A stretch of 64,000 bases of DNA from a virus. Its lineage: Duplodnaviria; Heunggongvirae; Uroviricota; Caudoviricetes. A program made the position numbers and the translations under genes. The stretch is from the IMG/VR virus record IMGVR_UViG_2687453424_000001. One strand, given 5' to 3'. Below are positions 1 to 12,202 of the stretch, one piece after another; positions within the stretch are counted from its first letter, which is position 1; each line of letters opens with the position of its first letter. The notes beneath the pieces are model-generated. The model searched no databases, had not been told where the DNA came from, and saw nothing but the letters and a program-made list of their open reading frames with translations.

Positions 1-1845
1 NNNNNNNNNNNNNNNNNNNNNNNNNNNNNNNNNNNNNNNNNNNNNNNNNNNNNNNNNNNNNNNNNNNNNNNNNNNNNNNNNNNNNNNNNNNNNNNNNNNN
101 NNNNNNNNNNNNNNNNNNNNNNNNNNNNNNNNNNNNNNNNNNNNNNNNNNNNNNNNNNNNNNNNNNNNNNNNNNNNNNNNNNNNNNNNNNNNNNNNNNNN
201 NNNNNNNNNNNNNNNNNNNNNNNNNNNNNNNNNNNNNNNNNNNNNNNNNNNNNNNNNNNNNNNNNNNNNNNNNNNNNNNNNNNNNNNNNNNNNNNNNNNN
301 NNNNNNNNNNNNNNNNNNNNNNNNNNNNNNNNNNNNNNNNNNNNNNNNNNNNNNNNNNNNNNNNNNNNNNNNNNNNNNNNNNNNNNNNNNNNNNNNNNNN
401 NNNNNNNNNNNNNNNNNNNNNNNNNNNNNNNNNNNNNNNNNNNNNNNNNNNNNNNNNNNNNNNNNNNNNNNNNNNNNNNNNNNNNNNNNNNNNNNNNNNN
501 NNNNNNNNNNNNNNNNNNNNNNNNNNNNNNNNNNNNNNNNNNNNNNNNNNNNNNNNNNNNNNNNNNNNNNNNNNNNNNNNNNNNNNNNNNNNNNNNNNNN
601 NNNNNNNNNNNNNNNNNNNNNNNNNNNNNNNNNNNNNNNNNNNNNNNNNNNNNNNNNNNNNNNNNNNNNNNNNNNNNNNNNNNNNNNNNNNNNNNNNNNN
701 NNNNNNNNNNNNNNNNNNNNNNNNNNNNNNNNNNNNNNNNNNNNNNNNNNNNNNNNNNNNNNNNNNNNNNNNNNNNNNNNNNNNNNNNNNNNNNNNNNNN
801 NNNNNNNNNNNNNNNNNNNNNNNNNNNNNNNNNNNNNNNNNNNNNNNNNNNNNNNNNNNNNNNNNNNNNNNNNNNNNNNNNNNNNNNNNNNNNNNNNNNN
901 NNNNNNNNNNNNNNNNNNNNNNNNNNNNNNNNNNNNNNNNNNNNNNNNNNNNNNNNNNNNNNNNNNNNNNNNNNNNNNNNNNNNNNNNNNNNNNNNNNNN
1001 NNNNNNNNNNNNNNNNNNNNNNNNNNNNNNNNNNNNNNNNNNNNNNNNNNNNNNNNNNNNNNNNNNNNNNNNNNNNNNNNNNNNNNNNNNNNNNNNNNNN
1101 NNNNNNNNNNNNNNNNNNNNNNNNNNNNNNNNNNNNNNNNNNNNNNNNNNNNNNNNNNNNNNNNNNNNNNNNNNNNNNNNNNNNNNNNNNNNNNNNNNNN
1201 NNNNNNNNNNNNNNNNNNNNNNNNNNNNNNNNNNNNNNNNNNNNNNNNNNNNNNNNNNNNNNNNNNNNNNNNNNNNNNNNNNNNNNNNNNNNNNNNNNNN
1301 NNNNNNNNNNNNNNNNNNNNNNNNNNNNNNNNNNNNNNNNNNNNNNNNNNNNNNNNNNNNNNNNNNNNNNNNNNNNNNNNNNNNNNNNNNNNNNNNNNNN
1401 NNNNNNNNNNNNNNNNNNNNNNNNNNNNNNNNNNNNNNNNNNNNNNNNNNNNNNNNNNNNNNNNNNNNNNNNNNNNNNNNNNNNNNNNNNNNNNNNNNNN
1501 NNNNNNNNNNNNNNNNNNNNNNNNNNNNNNNNNNNNNNNNNNNNNNNNNNNNNNNNNNNNNNNNNNNNNNNNNNNNNNNNNNNNNNNNNNNNNNNNNNNN
1601 NNNNNNNNNNNNNNNNNNNNNNNNNNNNNNNNNNNNNNNNNNNNNNNNNNNNNNNNNNNNNNNNNNNNNNNNNNNNNNNNNNNNNNNNNNNNNNNNNNNN
1701 NNNNNNNNNNNNNNNNNNNNNNNNNNNNNNNNNNNNNNNNNNNNNNNNNNNNNNNNNNNNNNNNNNNNNNNNNNNNNNNNNNNNNNNNNNNNNNNNNNNN
1801 NNNNNNNNNNNNNNNNNNNNNNNNNNNNNNNNNNNNNNNNNNNNN
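1..1845. other. Run of N (gap or masked block); no sequence information
   Basis: Positions 1-1845 are all n; first called base is 1846. Confidence 1.
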
Positions 1846-2011
1846 TCTGATTATCAGACCGACGATACGAGTGGGACCGTGGTCCCAGACTAATAATCAG
1901 ACCGACGATACGAGTGGGACCGTGGTCCCAGACTAATAATCAGACCGACGATACGAGTGGGACCGTGGTCCCAGTCTGATTATCAGACCGACGATACAAG
2001 TGGAACAGTGG
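1846..2011. repeat. sopC: sopC centromere-like partition site (partial): tandem 43-bp direct repeats, each with the inverted-repeat SopB binding core tgggaccgtggtccca
   Basis: Three near-identical 43-bp units (gggaccgtggtcccagactaataatcagaccgacgatacgagt) plus a degenerate fourth are visible; the array is truncated on the left by the N run. Position immediately downstream of sopB matches F-plasmid organisation. Confidence 0.9.
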
Positions 2012-2105
2012 GCCCAGAGAGAATATTCAGGCCAGTTATGCTTTCTGGCCTGTAACAAAGGACATTAAGTAAAGACAGATAAACGTAGACTAAAACGTGG
2101 TCGCA

Positions 2106-3077
2106 TCAGGGTGCTGGCTTTTCAAGTTCCTTAAGAATGGCCTCAATTTTCTCTATACACTCAGTTGGAACACGAGACCTGTCCAGGTTAAGCACCATTT
2201 TATCGCCCTTATACAATACTGTCGCTCCAGGAGCAAACTGATGTCGTGAGCTTAAACTAGTTCTTGATGCAGATGACGTTTTAAGCACAGAAGTTAAAAG
2301 AGTGATAACTTCTTCAGCTTCAAATATCACCCCAGCTTTTTTCTGCTCATGAAGGTTAGATGCCTGCTGCTTAAGTAATTCCTCTTTATCTGTAAAGGCT
2401 TTTTGAAGTGCATCACCTGACCGGGCAGATAGTTCACCGGGGTGAGAAAAAAGAGCAACAACTGATTTAGGCAATTTGGCGGTGTTGATACAGCGGGTAA
2501 TAATCTTACGTGAAATATTTTCCGCATCAGCCAGCGCAGAAATATTTCCAGCAAATTCATTCTGCAATCGGCTTGCATAACGCTGACCACGTTCATAAGC
2601 ACTTGTTGGGCGATAATCGTTACCCAATCTGGATAATGCAGCCATCTGCTCATCATCCAGCTCGCCAACCAGAACACGATAATCACTTTCGGTAAGTGCA
2701 GCAGCTTTACGACGGCGACTCCCATCGGCAATTTCTATGACACCAGATACTCTTCGACCGAACGCCGGTGTCTGTTGACCAGTCAGTAGAAAAGAAGGGA
2801 TGAGATCATCCAGTGCGTCCTCAGTAAGCAGCTCCTGGTCACGTTCATTACCTGACCATACCCGAGAGGTCTTCTCAACACTATCACCCCGGAGCACTTC
2901 AAGAGTAAACTTCACATCCCGACCACATACAGGCAAAGTAATGGCATTACCGCGAGCCATTACTCCTACGCGCGCAATTAACGAATCCACCATCGGGGCA
3001 GCTGGTGTCGATAACGAAGTATCTTCAACCGGTTGAGTATTGAGCGTATGTTTTGGAATAACAGGCGCACGCTTCAT
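2106..3077 (-). CDS. sopB: SopB (ParB-family centromere-binding partition protein) of F plasmid / BAC vector
   Basis: 323-aa [42 protein letters not shown]... recognised as F-plasmid SopB; its start codon overlaps the sopA stop (TAATG), flanked by sopA and sopC. Confidence 0.95.
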
Positions 3078-4252
3078 TATCTAATCTCCCAGCGTGGTTT
3101 AATCAGACGATCGAAAATTTCATTGCAGACAGGTTCCCAAATAGAAAGAGCATTTCTCCAGGCACCAGTTGAAGAGCGTTGATCAATGGCCTGTTCAAAA
3201 ACAGTTCTCATCCGGATCTGACCTTTACCAACTTCATCCGTTTCACGTACAACATTTTTTAGAACCATGCTTCCCCAGGCATCCCGAATTTGCTCCTCCA
3301 TCCACGGGGACTGAGAGCCATTACTATTGCTGTATTTGGTAAGCAAAATACGTACATCAGGCTCGAACCCTTTAAGATCAACGTTCTTGAGCAGATCACG
3401 AAGCATATCGAAAAACTGCAGTGCGGAGGTGTAGTCAAACAACTCAGCAGGCGTGGGAACAATCAGCACATCAGCAGCACATACGACATTAATCGTGCCG
3501 ATACCCAGGTTAGGCGCGCTGTCAATAACTATGACATCATAGTCATGAGCAACAGTTTCAATGGCCAGTCGGAGCATCAGGTGTGGATCGGTGGGCAGTT
3601 TACCTTCATCAAATTTGCCCATTAACTCAGTTTCAATACGGTGCAGAGCCAGACAGGAAGGAATAATGTCAAGCCCCGGCCAGCAAGTGGGCTTTATTGC
3701 ATAAGTGACATCGTCCTTTTCCCCAAGATAGAAAGGCAGGAGAGTGTCTTCTGCATGAATATGAAGATCTGGTACCCATCCGTGATACATTGAGGCTGTT
3801 CCCTGGGGGTCGTTACCTTCCACGAGCAAAACACGTAGCCCCTTCAGAGCCAGATCCTGAGCAAGATGAACAGAAACTGAGGTTTTGTAAACGCCACCTT
3901 TATGGGCAGCAACCCCGATCACCGGTGGAAATACGTCTTCAGCACGTCGCAATCGCGTACCAAACACATCACGCATATGATTAATTTGTTCAATTGTATA
4001 ACCAACACGTTGCTCAACCCGTCCTCGAATTTCCATATCCGGGTGCGGTAGTCGCCCTGCTTTCTCGGCATCTCTGATAGCCTGAGAAGAAACCCCAACT
4101 AAATCCGCTGCTTCACCTATTCTCCAGCGCCGGGTTATTTTCCTCGCTTCCGGGCTGTCATCATTAAACTGTGCAATGGCGATAGCCTTCGTCATTTCAT
4201 GACCAGCGTTTATGCACTGGTTAAGTGTTTCCATGAGTTTCATTCTGAACAT
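3077..4252 (-). CDS. sopA: SopA (ParA-family Walker-type partition ATPase) of F plasmid / BAC vector
   Basis: 391-aa ORF containing the deviant Walker A motif ([21 protein letters not shown]) and recognised as F SopA. The annotated start may be the internal Met at 4243 (MKLMETL...). Confidence 0.95.
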
Positions 4253-4259
4253 CCTTTAA

Positions 4260-4345
4260 TCATTGCTTTGCGTTTTTTTATTAAATCTTGCAATTTACTG
4301 CAAAGCAACAACAAAATCGCAAAGTCATCAAAAAACCGCAAAGTT
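4260..4345 (-). promoter_or_regulatory. sopAB promoter/operator region with four CTTTGC motifs (SopA autoregulatory sites)
   Basis: Immediately upstream of the sopA start: one ctttgc and three gcaaag (reverse complement) hexamers within about 80 bp. Established knowledge that SopA binds CTTTGC repeats in its own promoter. Confidence 0.7.
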
Positions 4346-4663
4346 GTTTAAAATAAGAGCAACACTACAAAAGGAGATAAGAAGAGCACATACCTCAGTC
4401 ACTTATTATCACTAGCGCTCGCCGCAGCCGTGTAACCGAGCATAGCGAGCGAACTGGCGAGGAAGCAAAGAAGAACTGTTCTGTCAGATAGCTCTTACGC
4501 TCAGCGCAAGAAGAAATATCCACCGTGGGAAAAACTCCAGGTAGAGGTACACACGCGGATAGCCAATTCAGAGTAATAAACTGTGATAATCAACCCTCAT
4601 CAATGATGACGAACTAACCCCCGATATCAGGTCACATGACGAAGGGAAAGAGAAGGAAATCAA

Positions 4664-4830
4664 CTGTGACAAACTGCCCTCAAATTTGGCTTCCTTAAAA
4701 ATTACAGTTCAAAAAGTATGAGAAAATCCATGCAGGCTGAAGGAAACAGCAAAACTGTGACAAATTACCCTCAGTAGGTCAGAACAAATGTGACGAACCA
4801 CCCTCAAATCTGTGACAGATAACCCTCAGA
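4664..4830. repeat. incC iterons (RepE-binding direct repeats downstream of repE)
   Basis: Repeated tgtgacaaa(t/c)t(g/a)ccctca units at about 4664, 4754, 4789 and 4809, matching the ori2 iteron family and lying at the 3' side of repE. Confidence 0.8.
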
Positions 4831-5628
<798 letters not shown>

Positions 5629-5639
5629 CTAAATAAAAA

Positions 5640-5895
5640 AGAGTCAATAAGCAGGGATAACTTTGTGAAAAAACAGCTTCTTCTGAGGGCAATTTGTCAC
5701 AGGGTTAAGGGCAATTTGTCACAGACAGGACTGTCATTTGAGGGTGATTTGTCACACTGAAAGGGCAATTTGTCACAACACCTTCTCTAGAACCAGCATG
5801 GATAAAGGCCTACAAGGCGCTCTAAAAAAGAAGATCTAAAAACTATAAAAAAAATAATTATAAAAATATCCCCGTGGATAAGTGGATAACCCCAA
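5640..5895. other. ori2 (oriS) replication origin: four 19-bp iterons (5685-5779), AT-rich stretch, and tandem DnaA boxes (5874-5890)
   Basis: Four direct repeats of gggcaatttgtcaca / gagggtgatttgtcacac, AT-rich 5820-5870, then gtggataagtggataac (two TTATCCACA-type DnaA boxes on the complementary strand), all upstream of repE. Confidence 0.85.
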
Positions 5896-6359
5896 GGGAA
5901 GTTTTTTCAGGCATCGTGTGTAAGCAGAATATATAAGTGCTGTTCCCTGGTGCTTCCTCGCTCACTCGAGGGCTTCGCCCTGTCGCTCGACTGCGGCGAG
6001 CACTACTGGCTGTAAAAGGACAGACCACATCATGGTTCTGTGTTCATTAGGTTGTTCTGTCCATTGCTGACATAATCCGCTCCACTTCAACGTAACACCG
6101 CACGAAGATTTCTATTGTTCCTGAAGGCATATTCAAATCGTTTTCGTTACCGCTTGCAGGCATCATGACAGAACACTACTTCCTATAAACGCTACACAGG
6201 CTCCTGAGATTAATAATGCGGATCTCTACGATAATGGGAGATTTTCCCGACTGTTTCGTTCGCTTCTCAGTGGATAACAGCCAGCTTCTCTGTTTAACAG
6301 ACAAAAACAGCATATCCACTCAGTTCCACATTTCCATATAAAGGCCAAGGCATTTATTC

Positions 6360-6810
6360 TCAGGATAATTGTTTCAGCATCGCAACCGCATCAGACTCCG
6401 GCATCGCAAACTGCACCCGGTGCCGGGCAGCCACATCCAGCGCAAAAACCTTCGTGTAGACTTCCGTTGAACTGATGGACTTATGTCCCATCAGGCTTTG
6501 CAGAACTTTCAGCGGTATACCGGCATACAGCATGTGCATCGCATAGGAATGGCGGAACGTATGTGGTGTGACCGGAACAGAGAACGTCACACCGTCAGCA
6601 GCAGCGGCGGCAACCGCCTCCCCAATCCAGGTCCTGACCGTTCTGTCCGTCACTTCCCAGATCCGCGCTTTCTCTGTCCTTCCTGTGCGACGGTTACGCC
6701 GCTCCATGAGCTTATCGCGAATAAATACCTGTGACGGAAGATCACTTCGCAGAATAAATAAATCCTGGTGTCCCTGTTGATACCGGGAAGCCCTGGGCCA
6801 ACTTTTGGCG
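6360..6810 (-). CDS. resD: ResD/redF site-specific tyrosine recombinase (resolvase) of F plasmid, C-terminal part only; 5' part lost in the N run
   Basis: Visible translation ...VTPHTFRHSYAMHMLYAGIPLKVLQSLMGHKSISSTEVYTKVFALDVAARHRVQFAMPESDAVAMLKQLS carries the tyrosine-recombinase catalytic signature (R..H..R...Y) and matches the redF gene of BAC vectors. Confidence 0.85.
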
Positions 6811-9800
6811 NNNNNNNNNNNNNNNNNNNNNNNNNNNNNNNNNNNNNNNNNNNNNNNNNNNNNNNNNNNNNNNNNNNNNNNNNNNNNNNNNNNNNNNNNN
6901 NNNNNNNNNNNNNNNNNNNNNNNNNNNNNNNNNNNNNNNNNNNNNNNNNNNNNNNNNNNNNNNNNNNNNNNNNNNNNNNNNNNNNNNNNNNNNNNNNNNN
7001 NNNNNNNNNNNNNNNNNNNNNNNNNNNNNNNNNNNNNNNNNNNNNNNNNNNNNNNNNNNNNNNNNNNNNNNNNNNNNNNNNNNNNNNNNNNNNNNNNNNN
7101 NNNNNNNNNNNNNNNNNNNNNNNNNNNNNNNNNNNNNNNNNNNNNNNNNNNNNNNNNNNNNNNNNNNNNNNNNNNNNNNNNNNNNNNNNNNNNNNNNNNN
7201 NNNNNNNNNNNNNNNNNNNNNNNNNNNNNNNNNNNNNNNNNNNNNNNNNNNNNNNNNNNNNNNNNNNNNNNNNNNNNNNNNNNNNNNNNNNNNNNNNNNN
7301 NNNNNNNNNNNNNNNNNNNNNNNNNNNNNNNNNNNNNNNNNNNNNNNNNNNNNNNNNNNNNNNNNNNNNNNNNNNNNNNNNNNNNNNNNNNNNNNNNNNN
7401 NNNNNNNNNNNNNNNNNNNNNNNNNNNNNNNNNNNNNNNNNNNNNNNNNNNNNNNNNNNNNNNNNNNNNNNNNNNNNNNNNNNNNNNNNNNNNNNNNNNN
7501 NNNNNNNNNNNNNNNNNNNNNNNNNNNNNNNNNNNNNNNNNNNNNNNNNNNNNNNNNNNNNNNNNNNNNNNNNNNNNNNNNNNNNNNNNNNNNNNNNNNN
7601 NNNNNNNNNNNNNNNNNNNNNNNNNNNNNNNNNNNNNNNNNNNNNNNNNNNNNNNNNNNNNNNNNNNNNNNNNNNNNNNNNNNNNNNNNNNNNNNNNNNN
7701 NNNNNNNNNNNNNNNNNNNNNNNNNNNNNNNNNNNNNNNNNNNNNNNNNNNNNNNNNNNNNNNNNNNNNNNNNNNNNNNNNNNNNNNNNNNNNNNNNNNN
7801 NNNNNNNNNNNNNNNNNNNNNNNNNNNNNNNNNNNNNNNNNNNNNNNNNNNNNNNNNNNNNNNNNNNNNNNNNNNNNNNNNNNNNNNNNNNNNNNNNNNN
7901 NNNNNNNNNNNNNNNNNNNNNNNNNNNNNNNNNNNNNNNNNNNNNNNNNNNNNNNNNNNNNNNNNNNNNNNNNNNNNNNNNNNNNNNNNNNNNNNNNNNN
8001 NNNNNNNNNNNNNNNNNNNNNNNNNNNNNNNNNNNNNNNNNNNNNNNNNNNNNNNNNNNNNNNNNNNNNNNNNNNNNNNNNNNNNNNNNNNNNNNNNNNN
8101 NNNNNNNNNNNNNNNNNNNNNNNNNNNNNNNNNNNNNNNNNNNNNNNNNNNNNNNNNNNNNNNNNNNNNNNNNNNNNNNNNNNNNNNNNNNNNNNNNNNN
8201 NNNNNNNNNNNNNNNNNNNNNNNNNNNNNNNNNNNNNNNNNNNNNNNNNNNNNNNNNNNNNNNNNNNNNNNNNNNNNNNNNNNNNNNNNNNNNNNNNNNN
8301 NNNNNNNNNNNNNNNNNNNNNNNNNNNNNNNNNNNNNNNNNNNNNNNNNNNNNNNNNNNNNNNNNNNNNNNNNNNNNNNNNNNNNNNNNNNNNNNNNNNN
8401 NNNNNNNNNNNNNNNNNNNNNNNNNNNNNNNNNNNNNNNNNNNNNNNNNNNNNNNNNNNNNNNNNNNNNNNNNNNNNNNNNNNNNNNNNNNNNNNNNNNN
8501 NNNNNNNNNNNNNNNNNNNNNNNNNNNNNNNNNNNNNNNNNNNNNNNNNNNNNNNNNNNNNNNNNNNNNNNNNNNNNNNNNNNNNNNNNNNNNNNNNNNN
8601 NNNNNNNNNNNNNNNNNNNNNNNNNNNNNNNNNNNNNNNNNNNNNNNNNNNNNNNNNNNNNNNNNNNNNNNNNNNNNNNNNNNNNNNNNNNNNNNNNNNN
8701 NNNNNNNNNNNNNNNNNNNNNNNNNNNNNNNNNNNNNNNNNNNNNNNNNNNNNNNNNNNNNNNNNNNNNNNNNNNNNNNNNNNNNNNNNNNNNNNNNNNN
8801 NNNNNNNNNNNNNNNNNNNNNNNNNNNNNNNNNNNNNNNNNNNNNNNNNNNNNNNNNNNNNNNNNNNNNNNNNNNNNNNNNNNNNNNNNNNNNNNNNNNN
8901 NNNNNNNNNNNNNNNNNNNNNNNNNNNNNNNNNNNNNNNNNNNNNNNNNNNNNNNNNNNNNNNNNNNNNNNNNNNNNNNNNNNNNNNNNNNNNNNNNNNN
9001 NNNNNNNNNNNNNNNNNNNNNNNNNNNNNNNNNNNNNNNNNNNNNNNNNNNNNNNNNNNNNNNNNNNNNNNNNNNNNNNNNNNNNNNNNNNNNNNNNNNN
9101 NNNNNNNNNNNNNNNNNNNNNNNNNNNNNNNNNNNNNNNNNNNNNNNNNNNNNNNNNNNNNNNNNNNNNNNNNNNNNNNNNNNNNNNNNNNNNNNNNNNN
9201 NNNNNNNNNNNNNNNNNNNNNNNNNNNNNNNNNNNNNNNNNNNNNNNNNNNNNNNNNNNNNNNNNNNNNNNNNNNNNNNNNNNNNNNNNNNNNNNNNNNN
9301 NNNNNNNNNNNNNNNNNNNNNNNNNNNNNNNNNNNNNNNNNNNNNNNNNNNNNNNNNNNNNNNNNNNNNNNNNNNNNNNNNNNNNNNNNNNNNNNNNNNN
9401 NNNNNNNNNNNNNNNNNNNNNNNNNNNNNNNNNNNNNNNNNNNNNNNNNNNNNNNNNNNNNNNNNNNNNNNNNNNNNNNNNNNNNNNNNNNNNNNNNNNN
9501 NNNNNNNNNNNNNNNNNNNNNNNNNNNNNNNNNNNNNNNNNNNNNNNNNNNNNNNNNNNNNNNNNNNNNNNNNNNNNNNNNNNNNNNNNNNNNNNNNNNN
9601 NNNNNNNNNNNNNNNNNNNNNNNNNNNNNNNNNNNNNNNNNNNNNNNNNNNNNNNNNNNNNNNNNNNNNNNNNNNNNNNNNNNNNNNNNNNNNNNNNNNN
9701 NNNNNNNNNNNNNNNNNNNNNNNNNNNNNNNNNNNNNNNNNNNNNNNNNNNNNNNNNNNNNNNNNNNNNNNNNNNNNNNNNNNNNNNNNNNNNNNNNNNN

Positions 9801-11161
9801 NNNNNNNNNNNNNNNNNNNNNNNNNNNNNNNNNNNNNNNNNNNNNNNNNNNNNNNNNNNNNNNNNNNNNNNNNNNNNNNNNNNNNNNNNNNNNNNNNNNN
9901 NNNNNNNNNNNNNNNNNNNNNNNNNNNNNNNNNNNNNNNNNNNNNNNNNNNNNNNNNNNNNNNNNNNNNNNNNNNNNNNNNNNNNNNNNNNNNNNNNNNN
10001 NNNNNNNNNNNNNNNNNNNNNNNNNNNNNNNNNNNNNNNNNNNNNNNNNNNNNNNNNNNNNNNNNNNNNNNNNNNNNNNNNNNNNNNNNNNNNNNNNNNN
10101 NNNNNNNNNNNNNNNNNNNNNNNNNNNNNNNNNNNNNNNNNNNNNNNNNNNNNNNNNNNNNNNNNNNNNNNNNNNNNNNNNNNNNNNNNNNNNNNNNNNN
10201 NNNNNNNNNNNNNNNNNNNNNNNNNNNNNNNNNNNNNNNNNNNNNNNNNNNNNNNNNNNNNNNNNNNNNNNNNNNNNNNNNNNNNNNNNNNNNNNNNNNN
10301 NNNNNNNNNNNNNNNNNNNNNNNNNNNNNNNNNNNNNNNNNNNNNNNNNNNNNNNNNNNNNNNNNNNNNNNNNNNNNNNNNNNNNNNNNNNNNNNNNNNN
10401 NNNNNNNNNNNNNNNNNNNNNNNNNNNNNNNNNNNNNNNNNNNNNNNNNNNNNNNNNNNNNNNNNNNNNNNNNNNNNNNNNNNNNNNNNNNNNNNNNNNN
10501 NNNNNNNNNNNNNNNNNNNNNNNNNNNNNNNNNNNNNNNNNNNNNNNNNNNNNNNNNNNNNNNNNNNNNNNNNNNNNNNNNNNNNNNNNNNNNNNNNNNN
10601 NNNNNNNNNNNNNNNNNNNNNNNNNNNNNNNNNNNNNNNNNNNNNNNNNNNNNNNNNNNNNNNNNNNNNNNNNNNNNNNNNNNNNNNNNNNNNNNNNNNN
10701 NNNNNNNNNNNNNNNNNNNNNNNNNNNNNNNNNNNNNNNNNNNNNNNNNNNNNNNNNNNNNNNNNNNNNNNNNNNNNNNNNNNNNNNNNNNNNNNNNNNN
10801 NNNNNNNNNNNNNNNNNNNNNNNNNNNNNNNNNNNNNNNNNNNNNNNNNNNNNNNNNNNNNNNNNNNNNNNNNNNNNNNNNNNNNNNNNNNNNNNNNNNN
10901 NNNNNNNNNNNNNNNNNNNNNNNNNNNNNNNNNNNNNNNNNNNNNNNNNNNNNNNNNNNNNNNNNNNNNNNNNNNNNNNNNNNNNNNNNNNNNNNNNNNN
11001 NNNNNNNNNNNNNNNNNNNNNNNNNNNNNNNNNNNNNNNNNNNNNNNNNNNNNNNNNNNNNNNNNNNNNNNNNNNNNNNNNNNNNNNNNNNNNNNNNNNN
11101 NNNNNNNNNNNNNNNNNNNNNNNNNNNNNNNNNNNNNNNNNNNNNNNNNNNNNNNNNNNNN
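6811..11161. other. Run of N (gap or masked block) inside the vector segment
   Basis: All n. In common BAC vectors the distance between redF and cat is far shorter than 4.3 kb, so the run length probably does not reflect true sequence length, or it hides an insertion. Confidence 1.
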
Positions 11162-11275
11162 AAATGAGACGTTGATCGGCACGTAAGAGGTTCCAACTTT
11201 CACCATAATGAAATAAGATCACTACCGGGCGTATTTTTTGAGTTATCGAGATTTTCAGGAGCTAAGGAAGCTAAA
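11162..11275 (+). promoter_or_regulatory. cat promoter and ribosome-binding site (Tn9 cassette)
   Basis: Sequence aaatgagacgttgatcggcacgtaagaggttccaactttcaccataatgaaataagatcactaccgggcg...aggaagctaaaATG is the standard upstream region of the Tn9/pACYC184 cat gene. Confidence 0.85.
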
Positions 11276-11935
11276 ATGGAGAAAAAAATCACTGGATATA
11301 CCACCGTTGATATATCCCAATGGCATCGTAAAGAACATTTTGAGGCATTTCAGTCAGTTGCTCAATGTACCTATAACCAGACCGTTCAGCTGGATATTAC
11401 GGCCTTTTTAAAGACCGTAAAGAAAAATAAGCACAAGTTTTATCCGGCCTTTATTCACATTCTTGCCCGCCTGATGAATGCTCATCCGGAATTTCGTATG
11501 GCAATGAAAGACGGTGAGCTGGTGATATGGGATAGTGTTCACCCTTGTTACACCGTTTTCCATGAGCAAACTGAAACGTTTTCATCGCTCTGGAGTGAAT
11601 ACCACGACGATTTCCGGCAGTTTCTACACATATATTCGCAAGATGTGGCGTGTTACGGTGAAAACCTGGCCTATTTCCCTAAAGGGTTTATTGAGAATAT
11701 GTTTTTCGTCTCAGCCAATCCCTGGGTGAGTTTCACCAGTTTTGATTTAAACGTGGCCAATATGGACAACTTCTTCGCCCCCGTTTTCACCATGGGCAAA
11801 TATTATACGCAAGGCGACAAGGTGCTGATGCCGCTGGCGATTCAGGTTCATCATGCCGTTTGTGATGGCTTCCATGTCGGCAGAATGCTTAATGAATTAC
11901 AACAGTACTGCGATGAGTGGCAGGGCGGGGCGTAA
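11276..11935 (+). CDS. cat: Chloramphenicol acetyltransferase (type I, Tn9), vector selectable marker
   Basis: 219-aa [76 protein letters not shown]...[28 protein letters not shown], the canonical CAT-I sequence. Confidence 0.98.
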
Positions 11936-11947
11936 TTTTTTTAAGGC

Positions 11948-12202
11948 CATAGGCAAGGTGAGTTTACACGCGCCATTGTATATCGCGTTCCTACACGCCT
12001 GCCGGTTGGCGACATCAGCCGGCAACATGAGAATGGAAATGGCGGCGATGGAGAGCCCGAAAACGACGACGAATTTGGGGAAATACGCTTGGTTAGCGTC
12101 GTCCGGGTGCTGGTAATTGACGAGGAGGTAGACATTGAAGAGGAACACTAGGACGCATACGATTATGGCGACGATTACCAGAGCGAGGTTGAAATCGCCC
12201 AT
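11948..12202 (-). CDS. Plant LIMR-family (LMBR1-like) membrane protein, exon 1 only; truncated at the vector junction after 85 codons
   Basis: ATG at 12202-12200 gives MGDFNLALVIVAIIVCVLVFLFNVYLLVNYQHPDDANQAYFPKFVVVFGLSIAAISILMLPADVANRQACRNAIYNGACKLTLPM, matching the conserved N-terminus of plant LIMR proteins. Homology ends exactly at 11948, where vector sequence begins. Confidence 0.75.

Noticed and set aside
1846-2011. Tandem 43-bp repeats considered as a possible CRISPR array
   Set aside because: Repeats are directly adjacent with no unique spacers, there are no cas genes nearby, and the sequence is the known sopC centromere.
2327-3036. Small ORFs overlapping sopB and sopA on either strand (for example 2327-2731, 2510-2695, 2800-3036, 3259-3462, 3290-3625)
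   Set aside because: Nested inside or antisense to well-supported vector genes, with no start or RBS context and no recognisable product.
6360-11222. Giant ORFs (1200-1600 aa) in the six-frame track spanning the N runs (6360-11222, 24715-28539, 33171-37549 and their alternative frames)
   Set aside because: They consist almost entirely of X translated from N; only the short flanks are real sequence. They are artifacts of ORF calling across gaps.
11853-12135. Plus-strand and alternative-frame ORFs crossing the vector/plant junction (11853-12116, 11941-12135)
   Set aside because: They run across the chimeric junction or antisense to the LIMR exon, with no homology; spurious.
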